A DNA stretch of 63,963 nucleotides, the filler included, from Thraustochytrium aureum (lineage: Eukaryota), in assembly GCA_012862495.1 (NCBI GenBank). It is 5 parts of 3 records of this genome, joined end to end, with 100 filler letters (N's around TTAATTAATTAA, not from the genome) between each part and the next. Parts side by side here need not be neighbours in the genome. Positions count along the whole stretch, not along the records: positions 30,165 to 54,466 come from BLSG01000114.1; positions 54,567 to 62,159 come from BLSG01000115.1; 3 more parts are not named here. One strand, 5' to 3'. Numbering within the stretch: the first letter of the stretch is position 1; each line of letters starts with the position of its first letter. Under the pieces are notes generated by a model, which saw only the letters and a program-made list of their open reading frames with translations, ran no database searches and was not told the origin of the DNA. Shown here one piece after another: positions 43,703 to 55,379 of the stretch. Position numbers and translations under genes: made by a program.

Positions 43703-44824
43703 CTACAGCGACTTGTGGACGTTGGAATCGCGCAGCTCGTCGGTAGTCTCCCCCGTCGAGAGCTCGATGCCGCCGAACTCGCCACCTTCGAGTGAGGCGT
43801 CTTCTTCCTCGGCCTCAAAGTTTCGGACCTTGGCGTAAGCCGCCTTCTCCGCGACGCTCGACGCGTCCATGTTGTGGTGGTCTTTGGTGGTAAGGACAAG
43901 GAGACCAGAGAGCGTGATCACCGTCCCGACGAGAAACATGCTCATCTGCTGAAAGTTAAAGTCCTCCCACTCGCCAAAGTATACGAGCCCCCCAACGACG
44001 CCGCTGATAATCCAGTAGCTCTGGTACACGGGAACGACAAAGAGACTGTCGAAGCGCTTGAGGCCCCCGTTGAGGAAGGTGATCTGCGTTATCAAGCAGA
44101 TGGCCATCATAAAAATGATCACGTACGTCTCAACGTGCAAGAAGACGTCGTCGCCGTGGGTGGCGTCCTTGATGAGCTCCACGGTGCTCTTAGCGAACAG
44201 CACCGACTGGCCGCCAACCACACCCGCAAAGCCGGCGTACCCGACCATCTCGAGCTTGTGAGCCAACGCCGGTTTGACCATCTTTTCTTGCGCAACGTGG
44301 ATGCAGGCGTAGTGCCCAACCAAGATCATGGGGACGACCACACCGTATACCATCATGCGGGACTCGGCGTACAGGCCTTTGAGCTGGTCCAACGTAAACT
44401 CCTTTTCCACGTGGTTGGCGAAAACCACCGTGATACCTGTGCCAAAGAAAATGAGGCACACCGCAATGATGTCGGTGCGGTTGTACTTTTCATTGAGAAG
44501 ATACGAGGCCATGAACAGATTCCACACGAGAGAAAGTGCGGCTAGCGGAGCCAAGAGGCTTTGCGGCGCGAGCCCGAACGCGAGAAAGTCGATCAGGGAG
44601 CCCACGACGACGCACACGAATCCCGCGACCCATTTTGGCTGCGCCCACGGCGACATGTCCTCGTTTCCCGGGCTGCATAGCGAAAGCTTTTGCAGATTGA
44701 GCCCCAGGCACGTGATCAGCGAGGCCAAGACGGCGAGGATCACGCCGACCGCGACAAGGAAGCCCTCGCTGAGCGACCGGTAGTCCAGGTGTGGCAGCGC
44801 GATGTTGGAGAAGTACCCGCTCAT
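43703..44824 (-). CDS. NIPA-family magnesium transporter (complete, intronless)
   Basis: GLNLQK, WVAGF...GSLIDFLAFGLAPQSLLAPL, LNEK, SVLFAKS, QITFLNGGLKRFD..VVPVYQ; about 9 TM segments. Confidence 0.92.
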   Translation of the reverse strand: MSGYFSNIALPHLDYRSLSEGFLVAVGVILAVLASLITCLGLNLQKLSLCSPGNEDMSPWAQPKWVAGFVCVVVGSLIDFLAFGLAPQSLLAPLAALSLVWNLFMASYLLNEKYNRTDIIAVCLIFFGTGITVVFANHVEKEFTLDQLKGLYAESRMMVYGVVVPMILVGHYACIHVAQEKMVKPALAHKLEMVGYAGFAGVVGGQSVLFAKSTVELIKDATHGDDVFLHVETYVIIFMMAICLITQITFLNGGLKRFDSLFVVPVYQSYWIISGVVGGLVYFGEWEDFNFQQMSMFLVGTVITLSGLLVLTTKDHHNMDASSVAEKAAYAKVRNFEAEEEDASLEGGEFGGIELSTGETTDELRDSNVHKSL

Positions 44825-45760
44825 CTTCCCCTTGCTCGAAACCGCCCTGCGCAAGACCCCGTCGTCGTACCAGTTCTCCGCGGGCCGTGCGTCTCAAGCC
44901 CGGCGCGCGCTCTCGCGTTTCGCGGCGACTGCCTGGCCAGGGTGTCTGCAAGCAAGCTGGGTCGTCGCGGCGGGTGCGAGCGAGGCCGGTCCGCAGGTGT
45001 GCGTCCGCGAGCAGCGCCAACTTGCCTCGCCGCGGCCGCGCCCCTTGCGCGCTGCTCCCCGATGCCTCCCGCCAGCGCCACCGCAGCCCGCGCCCGTACT
45101 GCCTTGCCGCTCTGCCTCGCTCGCTCTCGCGCTCAACCCGGTGCACGCACGCCTCCACGCCTCCTCTCAAGTAAGTCGGGAGGGAAGGAGGGAGGCCACG
45201 TCACCAAGGCTTCTCCGCTGCTGCACAGTCCTCTACGTGTGGTAGCGCCGCCGGATCCCACTCGAATCCCTCCGCCAAAGCAGCCATCACCTGCGACGGG
45301 GTCCAACTCCCTTCCGAGTCCCACTGGAATCCCGAACCTCCCCGCAAAAGGGGATCCGCAGCCGCAAAGCTTTCTACAGCTAAAGAGGGGGCAGGTACCC
45401 TACAGGGAACCCGAGGAAGCTAGAGTCTGTTCTTTCTGCAGGAGGGAGGGCAGGTGTGCGAAGTTCAAGTGGGGCAGGGTGGACGCAAAAAGGGCCACAA
45501 CGCAGAGGCTTTTTTTTGCGACCGCGCGAGGGCGCCTCGGGGCATCGGCGCGCACGGCGAGGCCAAGAGAAAACGGCTCGGCGCGCATCCAAGTTCCAAA
45601 GTGGCCGCCCGCTTTTCCGTTCGGGCCTGCGTGCCTGCGTGCCTGCGTGCCAACGCGCCTGCGTGCCTCTGCGAGGCTGCTCGACGGCCTGGGCCAGGTC
45701 GCGCCAAACCGCGCGAGGTTGGAGGGCGGAGGGTTTGCCTACTGAGGCCGGCAGCGCGGG

Positions 45761-47060
45761 ATGGCGGCGCTGTTCGGCGGCGACGGATTGCCAGCCAAGC
45801 TGGTTGGCACGTTTCTCGGGCCGCTGGACCTGCGGCACCTGGACGCGGTGTCCACGGCGGCGCAGCGTCTGTTGGCACCGCAGTGGGAGGCCTGCTACCG
45901 GAGGCAGTTTCCGAGCTGCGCCGAGGGCTGCGTCCAGCGCCCAGCGCGGGCCTGGAGAAAGCTGGCCTTGCTGCGCGCGAGCTGGGACTGCCTGCGCAAG
46001 CCTGTGAAAGGCGACCTGATACCGAGCCTGCGCGATCTCCTCGACGAGCTCGAACAACGCACCTTTGGACACGCGCCCTTGCGCTCAGGCGACACGGACG
46101 AAGCGTTGCTCGAATCTGTGGAGCGACACCTCGCGCGCTGGAAAATACTTCGTGCGACGCTTTTGTCAGAGAACGCCGAGCGCCTGCGCCAATGGTCCAA
46201 CACTGCTGTGGAGGTGCACTACCACTCAATCCAGCTCGCGCAGCGGCACAAGGGCGCCAACGGCGGGGGGCTTTGGTCGACCGAGCTCTACGTGGCGTTT
46301 GCGATATTCGTGCGAGGCTCTGCAGCGCCGCTCTGGTGCCTCTTTGAGTACAATGCGAGCGGGGTCTCCAGCAAGACCGAAGTGGACGGTCACCTGCTAT
46401 TGTGCAGCGCGCCGATTTCTTCTGGGCACCTTTGTCCGGCGCGCGCGGCGGCAGAGACGGCAGACTTCACAACAGGGTTTTGGCGCTCACTGCTCCTCAA
46501 GGACAAGCATTGGCTCCCTACGCTGGACCTTGCAGCAAACTTTGTCAGTGAGGATGCTTGGCCGTCCGCGCTCCGATTCCGGCCGGGCGGCAGCCACGCG
46601 GTTCGCGTGACGGGAGATCTCACGGGTCTGCCGCGGCCGACAGAGACCGCCGCTGCGGGGGCTGCTGACTCTGGCGCTGGCGAGGCTGCGGCAGTTTCGG
46701 TTGACTTCAACCAGCCGACGATGCTGGTTTACGTCGGCAACAAGTGGCACTCTGGGTGGGTTGGAGGGGAGCGCGAGCTGCGCGCCCCGGGCCGCGACCT
46801 CCAGGATCTTCAGGCTGCCTACCGCGCTTTCCTCGAGCTTGTTGGGCCTCGCGCTCTGCTGCACGTCTCGCAACAGAGCAACCGCCCGCTTCTGACCGTC
46901 CTGCTCGGGTACGCTGAGGCGCCTTGCGGCCTTCGCGACCTGCCCCGGGTGGTTCTCCTTCAACGCGGTGCGCATCTCCAAGGCCGCCTGCGTGGAGCGC
47001 ACCTTTCGCTACGCGTTTGCGTCTCGACGCAACCAGCCGCGGAGCGCCGCCAGCACCTGA
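45761..47060 (+). CDS. Hypothetical protein with F-box-like N-terminus (probable frameshift near 46907)
   Basis: LPAKLVGTFLGPLDLRHLDAVS...QWEACYRRQFP resembles an F-box. Removing one G near 46907 gives a more protein-like end LGTLRRLAAFATCPGWFSFNAVRISK..., stop at 47060; as sequenced the ORF ends at 47179. Confidence 0.6.
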
Positions 47061-47141
47061 GGGTCGGGCCGCGAGCTTGTAAATTTTGCGACTTGGGGTT
47101 GCCAATTATCTGCTTGGTCCGAGCGGCTATGGGCATGCAGC

Positions 47142-47374
47142 CTGGACAACACACGCGCAGGCATCCGCCACGCCCATAGACTCGGACGCAAATGCACTGT
47201 TTTCTGGACAACACACGCGCAGGCGTCTGCCACGCCCAATTGACTCTGACGCAAATGCACTGGTTTCTGCCCAGGCATCCGCCACGCCCAATTGATTCTG
47301 ACGCAAATGCACTGTTTTCTGGACAACACACGCGCAGGCATCCGCCACGCCCATTGATCATGACTCGGACGCAA
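47142..47374. repeat. Minisatellite, ~62-bp unit x about 4 (diverged)
   Basis: CTGGACAACACACGCGCAGGCATCCGCCACGCCCA...GACTC(G/T)GACGCAAATGCACTGTTTT repeated at about 47142, 47204, 47268 (shortened) and 47319. Confidence 0.9.
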
Positions 47375-47589
47375 CGCCTCCAACTCGATAGTTAAACGCA
47401 CAAAGGAGGGACAGAGCGAGTCGGTTTTGATGTCGCTCAGAACATGGGGCGACGGCGGCCCCGCACGAAGCATGTGCTCGTCCCCGCAGCAGGCTCGGGC
47501 ACTCGCGAAAACTGCTTCGCCGTTGAGTGCGCGCTGAAAGACTGCCGGGGCCGACCAGGCAGGGCGCAGTGGCGAGCCAGGCGGCCGCC

Positions 47590-49162
47590 ATGTCGGCCTG
47601 GACGGCGTCAGCTGGCGCGGGAGACGAGGAGCAGCAGTTTGCGAGAGGCGCAGACGACGAGCGCGGCGCGCAGACCAAGCTGTGGCCGCCAATCAGGGAG
47701 TGGCTCCCAAAGTACGATGTGCGCAAGGACCTCGTGTACGACACCGCTGCAGGGTTGACCGTGGGCGTCATGGCGATCCCGCAGTCGCTTTCGTACGCGC
47801 TCATCGCTGGGCTCCCGCCTCAGTATGGGCTGTACAGCGACTTGCAAGTGTGCTACCCTATCTTTGGGTCATCAAAGTACCTCGTCGTGGGCCCTGTCGC
47901 GGTCATGTCGCTCATGTCGCGCTTTGCCATGGAGAAGGTGGGCATTGCGGAGGACTCGTCCGAGTGGGTCGACATGGTGTGCTTTTTATCGGTGCTCGTC
48001 GCCATGGTCCAGTTCGCTGTCCGAGGACTGGGCCTCGGCTCGAAAATCTCGTCGTTTCTGCCCGAGACGGCCATCGCAGGATTTTCGTCCGCGGCAGCCC
48101 TCATCATCGCGAGCACGCAGCTCCCGGCACTCCTTGGCGTGCCAAAGTGCAAGGGGGAGGGCGGTCAGTCTTGCGGTTTTGCTAGGACTCTCGTTTACTC
48201 GGCGGCCAGCATCGGCGACGCAAGAGTGTCCAGCCTCGTTTGTGCTGCAGGTAGCTTTGCCCTCCTGGCGCTCGTAAAGCGGCTCCGCTTGGCGCCACGC
48301 AACGGGCTGGCGGGGCTGGCGGTCAATTTGCTGCCCAAGCTCGGGCGCTCCTTGTCGTCGCCCTGAGCGTGGCCATCGTTTACGCGACCTATGACGAGCC
48401 GGGCGCCAGGACGATTGGCGGGATCCAGGTTGTTGGGCACATCCCGCGAGGGCTGCCCGAGCCGCGCTGGGTCCCCGCGCTTCCGAAGGACCTGGCGACG
48501 CTTGCGAGCCTGGCGTGGTCTTCGGTGCCTATCGCGTTGGTCGGGTTTGCGGAGGCGACTGCGATCGCCAAGGCGAGCACCAAACTGCGTGGAGGCGACC
48601 CCAAGAGCGTGTCGGAGGACGACGAGGTCCTCGCGCTGGCCTTCTGCAACGCGTTCACCGCGTGGGTGGGCGGGTATCCAGTAAGTTTGGTCACTTTGAT
48701 AGTCCTCGTGATGTCCGAGCGCTGCGAGAGCTCCCCTTGGTTCTGTCGCATTTTCGTTTCCGGCTGGCGCTAACATGAGTGGCTCTATAGGTCACCGGGT
48801 CCTTCTCTCGAACGGCAATCAACGCCGAGAGCGGCGCGCGCTCGGCGCTGTCGACTGGGATTGCTGCAGTGGCCGTTGTGGTCGTGCTCTTGTTCCTGAC
48901 TCCGTACCTGGCAATGCTGCCCAAGGCTGCCGTTTCGGCGATTGTTCTAGCGGCAGTGCTGCGCCTCGTCGACGTGTCAGAGTTTGTCCGCTTGTACCGC
49001 GACTACCGCCAAGACCGCGAGAGACGCGGCGTTTGGGTATTTGTAAGCGTATTTTCGGCATCGCTTGTACTAGGCGTGGAGACGGGCCTGGTGCTTGGCG
49101 TCGTTTCGCACAGGCTCGCGCGGCACCCAGAAGAGCCGGCGGGCTGGAAAGGTTCAAGGTAG
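47590..49162 (+). CDS. SLC26/SulP anion (sulfate) transporter without STAS domain; frameshift ~48343-48345; intron 48681-48790
   Basis: DTAAGLTVGVMAIPQSLSYALIAGLPPQYGLY, FGSSKYLVVGPVA, AGFSSAAA; GGYP|VTGSFSRTAINAESGARS after splicing GTAAGT...GCTAAC...TATAG; LPKAAVSAI; stop shortly after the last TM segment. Confidence 0.9.
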
Positions 49163-49200
49163 CGCTCTCTAGCTAGATCTAGGCTAGCTCTCGCTCTAGA

Positions 49201-49312
49201 GCTCGAGAGAGCTTGGCGCTCGAGAGAGCTTGGCGCTCGAGAGAGCTTGGCGCTCGAGAGAGCTTGGCGCTCGAGAGAGCTTGGCGCTCGGGAGAGCTTG
49301 GCGCTCAAGAGC
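49201..49312. repeat. 17-bp tandem repeat (GCTCGAGAGAGCTTGGC) x6
   Basis: Head-to-tail copies without spacers between the SLC26 and PSMB1 stop codons. Confidence 0.95.
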
Positions 49313-49457
49313 TGGCGACTTGCAGAGCACATGGCAGCAAAGAAAAAGGTCAGATCCTTGATGATGTTGTTAGCGCAACCTGCACCGTCCACCGGGCCGA
49401 GGCCGAACGCTCCCCTGCAACCACCAAAGGCGGCGCGCGGGCGTCGCGGACGCGGAT

Positions 49458-50210
49458 CTAGTCCTCCTTGAGGGTGAACCGCTCCTTCACTGTGCCCTTG
49501 GACGAGATGGTGTAGATGTCGACCGCGTCACCACACATGATGTCGCGCTCGCCGACTGTGAGAAACAGGTTCTTCATGATCTCCACCGTCTCCTCCTTGG
49601 TATACTCGGGCTTGTTCGCGACGCCTGATGAGACGCCAATCTTGCCGAGGAGGTTGTCGAGAATCGGCATGGCGATCGCCGCCGCCGACCCGTTGGCCGT
49701 GTACCCGTCCCGACTGCGCAGGTACGAGCCGACAGCGTCGTAGCCGGCTACGTAGCCGACCCCCTCGTCGTCCAGGCCTGCGACCACGCTCAGCGCGTAC
49801 AGGGGGAAGAAGCGCTTAAAGTACAGCGTGTTGGACAGGAGCTGCGCCGCGGCCACCGTGGACATGTCCACGCCGTGGTCAAACTTGTACATGACGGCGC
49901 GGTACTTGAGCTGGTTGAAGAGGTTTTGCACGTCTGCGTGGCATCCGCCGCAAGACACGATAGTCTTGTCGGACAGCTGGAACGCACGGTTGATATCCCG
50001 CGACTTGATGCTGTACCCTGTCGCGAGCCGCGTATCGCAGGCGATCACACAATAGTCCTTCCCAGCAACGGCCACTACAGTCCCGCCGTTCCAGTCATAT
50101 GGCGAAAACCTGTGCTGCATCGCGCCGCCCGCGGCCGCATTCAGCCCAGCGCCGGCCTCAAGCCCAGCGTTCAGTTTGAGGTCGCCCTCCGTCGACACAA
50201 TGCTAGCCAT
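49458..50210 (-). CDS. PSMB1: 20S proteasome subunit beta type-1 (beta6/Pre7)
   Basis: HRFSPYDWNGGTVVAVAGKDY..IACDTRL..GYSI.SRD, AQLLSNTLY.KRFFP, YDAVGSY, ERDIMCGD, ends LKED. Confidence 0.96.
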   Translation of the reverse strand: MASIVSTEGDLKLNAGLEAGAGLNAAAGGAMQHRFSPYDWNGGTVVAVAGKDYCVIACDTRLATGYSIKSRDINRAFQLSDKTIVSCGGCHADVQNLFNQLKYRAVMYKFDHGVDMSTVAAAQLLSNTLYFKRFFPLYALSVVAGLDDEGVGYVAGYDAVGSYLRSRDGYTANGSAAAIAMPILDNLLGKIGVSSGVANKPEYTKEETVEIMKNLFLTVGERDIMCGDAVDIYTISSKGTVKERFTLKED

Positions 50211-50286
50211 CGCTCTCTCCGCCCCGCTCGACGCCTTCGCCGCGCTATCAACCAAGCTCTGCCCCTTGCCGCTCCCCCGCTCTGGC

Positions 50287-50289
<3 letters not shown>

Positions 50290-50323
<34 letters not shown>

Positions 50324-50324
50324 C
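50290..50324. repeat. (CCTG)n / (CAGG)n microsatellite
   Basis: About 8 copies upstream of PSMB1; related (GCAG)n runs occur at about 51084-51150. Confidence 0.9.
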
Positions 50325-51288
50325 CCTTGCCAGCTATCCCTTCGCGCTCTGCAACCGCCCTCCTTCCTTGGCGCTTCGCTGCACGGATCAATCACTAGTC
50401 TCTTTCAACCCTCGATAGATCCTCTTTGCATTTGTCAACCGGTTGCGGCGGTGTCTGGCTTACGTCGACGGTTCCTCTGTAGAGCTGCTGCCTCCCTCGA
50501 TACTCCCTCATGGTACTTGGCATTGCCACGGTNNNNNNNNNNNNNNNNNNNNNNNNNNNNNNNNNNNNNNNNNNNNNNNNNNNNNNNNNNNNNNNNNNNN
50601 NNNNNNNNNNNNNNNNNNNNNNNNNNNNNNNNNNNNNNNNNNNNNNNNNNNNNNNNNNNNNNNNNNNNNNNNNNNNNNNNNNNNNNNNNNNNNNNNNNNN
50701 NNNNNNNNNNNNNNNNNNNNNNNNNNNNNNNNNNNNNNNNNNNNNNNNNNNNNNNNNNNNNNNNNNNNNNNNNNNNNNNNNNNNNNNNNNNNNNNNNNNN
50801 NNNNNNNNNNNNNNNNNNNNNNNNNNNNNNNNNNNNNNNNNNNNNNNNNNNNNNNNNNNNNNNNNNNNNNNNNNNNNNNNNNNNNNNNNNNNNNNNNNNN
50901 NNNNNNNNNGGAGCTTGCCACCTGCTCCTGCTCGCTTTCAGCGGCACTCTCCGCGGAACAAGTCGGCCGCAGAGGGCAATTCGAGGGAAAAGGCGCCGCG
51001 TGAGGGTGATTCGAGGGGGGTGGGAACGTCCCGCGCTGCTGCAGCAGCAGACACCAAACGAGCCTCGGCGGGGACGCGACGAAGGCAGGCAGGCAGGCAC
51101 GCAGGCAGGCGCGCACGCAGGCGGGGACGCAGGCAGGCAGGCAAGCAGGCGGGGAGGGAGGTACGCAGGCGGGCTGGCAGGAAGGCGCGTGCGTTGAGGG
51201 AAGCCGCGTGCGTTGAGGGAAGCCGCGACGTGAGGGCGAGGATCGAACAGCAGTGAAGGCTCCGTTGCGTCGGGTGGGGCGAGGCGCG

Positions 51289-54200
51289 ATGGTGATGAAC
51301 GACGGGCTCCCCGCCGGGTGGGAGATGTCCACCGACCCGAATACAGGGAGGCAGTTTTATATCAATCATGATACGATGCAGACCAGCTGGACCCCGCCGG
51401 TGGAGACCCCGCTGCCGGAGGGCTGGGAGCAGCAGCGCGACGCCGAGGGCAGGATTTTTTTCATTAACCACAACGCGGGGCTGACGCAGTGGGAAGACCC
51501 GCGCCTCGAGGACGGCGGAGTGGCGGCCGCAGGGATGAGCGTGTCGTACCCTTCGCTTGGGGACAGCTCGAGCCCGGGGACGTCGAGCTTTGGGGCCTGG
51601 AACTGCCCTGCCTGTACGCTTGAAAACCCTGCGGAAGCGTCGGCCTGCTCGGTGTGCGGCACGAACCGCGATGGGTCGAGCGCGGCGGAGGGCCCTGGCA
51701 CCAGAGGCACTGGGGGCGGCACCGGTTCGGGACGAGCGGCGGCCGCCGCTTCGACGACCTATCAGGCCCACGACGACAGCATCGACGCAGCCACGGCGGC
51801 AGCGATCGCCGCCGCGCAAGCCGAAGACGAGGCGTTCTTTGCCAACGCGGGCAGCATGGAGCAGCGCGGAGTCACAGACCCGAGCGAGCTCACCCCGCAC
51901 ATGGTCCCTGACGAGCACTCTGGCGTCTGCACGCTGTGCGCCAAGCCGTTCGACTGGAAAGAACGTCGGCACCACTGCAAGTGCTGCGGGTCCCTTTTGT
52001 GCAACTCTTGCTCTTCCCGCAAGGTCCGCTTTTCCATCCCGGGCATGAAGGAGCAGGACCGGCGGGTGTGCGATCTCTGCTATGACCACCAGAGCGCAGG
52101 CGACAAACACTGCTACCTGCGGTACATCGGAATCCTGCGGGACGCCGGCTCGGCGCGCGCGGACGACCGCATGCTCGCGCTGCGCGGAATCGCCGACATG
52201 ATCGAGCGGCTTCCGGACGGCATGCAGGAAACCGCAAGCGTCGACCAGCAGGGCAGCGCAATGCGCACGCTGGACGTCGTCCAACGGTGCGGGGGCGCCG
52301 GCACGCTCTGCGAGCTGCTCAACCCGAACGACCCCTCCGCCGTCCAGATCCAGAGCTGCCGCATCATTGCCTCTGTGGCGGCCGTCGCGGCCAACTCGCC
52401 GTTCGACAGCCAGGCCGCCCTGTCGCGCGCAAGCGTCTGCAGCGAACTTTCGGCGGGCTCGACGGCAATGGGCAAGATCGAGGTCATGCTCTCGCGGCCT
52501 AGCACGCCCTGGGAGGCGCACATGCACCTCGTCCACGCGTTGTATTTGCTTGGCGACCTGTTCGATATCCAGGAGGCGGCACGGTCGAACCGGCTCTTGG
52601 CGCCGCTGTGCGAGATGCTGCTCGCTTCGCAAGAGCAGCTGCAGTGCTGGGCGACGATGGCCGTGTCTCGCCTTGTCGAGGGAAACGAGCAAAACATCGA
52701 AGCCATGCTGGACGCGAACGGCATGCAGGCGCTTGTCCTGTTGCTCAGCAACAGCAACATTTCGGTCCAAGAGCACGCCTCAAGCGCGATCTGCTCGGGG
52801 CTCGAGCTTGGCGAGCCCGGGCGAGTCGGCCCGGGGGGCGCGAACCAGAACGCGCTCCTCGCCTCGCGTGTGCGCGACGCCATGGTGCAATTCGGTGGCG
52901 CCACTGCGGCGGTGAGCTTGCTCCGCTCGGAGAGCCCGACTGTGGCGCGATCGGGGCTCAAGCTGATCCAGTACCTTTCGAGCGGGCAGGCCGAGGTCGT
53001 GCGCGCTGCTGGTGCGGTCCCGCTCGTGGTCGCCCTTCTTGCCAGCCGCGACGGTGACTGCCAGGCCAGCGCGGCGCAGCTCTTGCGCAACGTGGCGCTC
53101 TGCAGCCCCAGCGGCAGCAGGGACGTGCTCCAGAGCGGGGGGCTCTCGATGGCTGTGCCTCTGCTCGGGTCCGCCGACCTGGGCACCAAGGCCAACGCGG
53201 CGGCGCTTTGCGAGGCCTTTGCGCTCGACGAGCACGGGGCCGGGATCATCGTCGAATCGGGCGGCGTGGGCCCGCTGGTCGGGCTCGTCGCTACCCGGAA
53301 AACCACGTTCGTGCCCCTGCCGCGGGGGCTCTGGTCAACCTCTTGCAAGCCGGGCAGCAGTCGAAGCAAGCCGTGATCAACGCTGGCGGCGTCGAGGCCC
53401 TGCTGGGCCTCGAGGATAGCTCGGACCCCACTGTGCTGCGGCAGCTCATCGGCGCGGTCTACTCGTTCGTGTCCGACGAGTCGCTCCTGCAGTCGCTCAC
53501 GCGCCGCGTGGCGCCGCCCACGATGGCGATGAAGCTGCTGCAGATGCTGGGCAGCCCTGGCGGCGCGGCGCTCGACGGCGCGACTGTCGAGATGCTGCTG
53601 CTCGTCGTCGCTGTTTTGTGCGGAGCGCGGGACGGCGACCAGTTCGGGACGTCTGGGGACGACTTGCAGGACCCGGCATTGCTGACCCCAGAAGCGCGCA
53701 CGCTGCGGAACCAGGAGCAGCAGACCCGCGATCTTGTGGCCTCGAACGGCTCGCCCTTGGTTGTGCCGCTGCTTGCCAACGCGCACCAGCAACCGGCGCT
53801 CGTCCTGGCGGCGTTTCGCGTACTGCTCTCCGTGAGCAAGTCCCCGGCGGGGGCTGCTGGCATCGCCAAGGCAGGCGCGATCCCCGCCGTGGTGCGCGCC
53901 CTGGACGACTCCCTGCACGTCCAAGGGCACTCGGCGGACACGAGCCAGCTCGTGTTTCATCTGCGCCTGTACGGGCTCACACTGTTTGGCAAGCTGTGCG
54001 GCGGGTCGGGCAGCGGCGGCACGCTCACCAATGCTTCCAAGGAGGACATCCGCTTCGGCGTGATGGCTATCGCGCGCGTGCTGGACGAGTCGGCGCACGC
54101 GAGCGCGCCCGGCCTGGAGGGCGGGAGGCTGTCGATTCAGCAAGCTGCGGTGAGCGCGCTGCAGAGCCTCAGCACGCACAGCGGGAACTGGGAGGTGATT

Positions 54201-54466
54201 GCGCAGGTCGCGCTCCCGCAGCTGATCGAGATGCTCCTCGCCGAGAGCTCAGAGCCCGCCCTGCTGAGCGACATTGCTCGCGTGATCAGCAACCTGGCCA
54301 AGCTGGAGTCTCACTCAGAGACGGTTCTGGACGCAGGCGCTCTGTTCGCCCTTATGGGCCTGTTGAGTGAGAAAGAGTCCGGCGCCGTGGAGGCCGGCCT
54401 CTCGACGCTCGCGGCGCTCGCAGAGTCGTCCAGACGCTGCCGGTTGGCGATGGTCGACCAGGGCGC
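51289..54466 (+). CDS. WW-WW + RanBP2-type zinc finger + FYVE + armadillo-repeat protein (frameshift ~53294; 3' truncated by linker)
   Basis: LPAGWEMSTDPNTGRQFYINHDTMQTSWTPP; LPEGWEQQRDAEGRIFFINHNAGLTQWEDP; WNCPACTLENPAEASACSVC; CTLCAKPF...RRHHCKCCG..CNSC...RVCDLC; many AGAVP.LV.LL ARM repeats continuing in ORF 53208..54518. Confidence 0.9.
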
Positions 54467-54566
54467 NNNNNNNNNNNNNNNNNNNNNNNNNNNNNNNNNN
54501 NNNNNNNNNNTTAATTAATTAANNNNNNNNNNNNNNNNNNNNNNNNNNNNNNNNNNNNNNNNNNNN
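54467..54566. other. Artificial scaffold-joining linker
   Basis: N44-TTAATTAATTAA-N44. Confidence 0.95.
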
Positions 54567-55178
54567 AAAACGCCTGCCAAGCGGGAGACGCGCAAGACGC
54601 CGAGCAAGTCGCGCGCAAAGGAGGTGCCAAAGAAGGCCGAGGAGGAAGAAGAGGAGCAGGTGGCGGCGGACAAGCCGGCCCCGGCCGCCGCCGCCACGGG
54701 ATCGAAGCGGTCCCGGTCGGACCTCGAGGGCGAAGACCGCGCAGACCTCGCCGAAGCCGCACCGAGCAAACAAGTAATCGTTGAAGACAAGAACGGAATG
54801 GTGCGGAGCGTGCCGGCGAGCGGCCGCTGGTGGAAGGAGGCCCAGAAGGAAAAGTTTTCGATGCAGGTGTACAAGGCGCAAAAGCCGCTGAGCACCTCGT
54901 GGGAGAAGAAGATGGCCATCCGCAACAAGCGCAAGCGGATCAAGGAGCTCGAGTCCGAGCTCAAGGCGCAGCGCGACGCCGACGCCCAGCGCGTGCGCGA
55001 GAAGCGCGAGGAAAAGCGCAAGCGCAAGGCGGAGAACGAGATGAAGAACGCTCGCGTCCAGGTGATCCGCAAGACCGACAAGATCAAGAAGATGTCCAAG
55101 AAGCAGCTGCGCATGGTGCGCAAGACGCAGATGGACAACGAGGGCAACGTGCGTCTTGTGCCGATCTACTCCAAGTAA
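54567..55178 (+). CDS. CCDC86: CCDC86/Cgr1-family nucleolar coiled-coil protein (5' truncated)
   Basis: SGRWWK...TSWEKKM...RKRKAENEMK..VQVIRKTDKIKKMSKKQLR matches the CCDC86/Cgr1 C-terminal signature. Confidence 0.85.
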   Translation, partial: KTPAKRETRKTPSKSRAKEVPKKAEEEEEEQVAADKPAPAAAATGSKRSRSDLEGEDRADLAEAAPSKQVIVEDKNGMVRSVPASGRWWKEAQKEKFSMQVYKAQKPLSTSWEKKMAIRNKRKRIKELESELKAQRDADAQRVREKREEKRKRKAENEMKNARVQVIRKTDKIKKMSKKQLRMVRKTQMDNEGNVRLVPIYSK

Positions 55179-55379
55179 AGTGTCACTGTATTTGTTTGGT
55201 TTGCTTTGGGCGCGTGCGCGCCTCGCTCGCAGTCCGGTGTTCTGGTGTTGAGTTGAATTTCCGCTGATCTTGGCGCCGTGCGCGCGCCTGCCGCTAGGCA
55301 GCTGCTCGGCCTAGCGGCTCGGCGCGCGCCTGTCGCGAGGCAGCTGCTCGCTGCCCCAAGACCCGGCTTCCGCCGCGCA

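Noticed and set aside
47142..47374. CRISPR-like repeat-spacer array
   Set aside because: The whole ~62-bp unit is repeated, so it is a minisatellite without unique spacers.
49201..49312. CRISPR-like array
   Set aside because: 17-bp units are head-to-tail with no unique spacers, there are no cas genes, and the context is eukaryotic.
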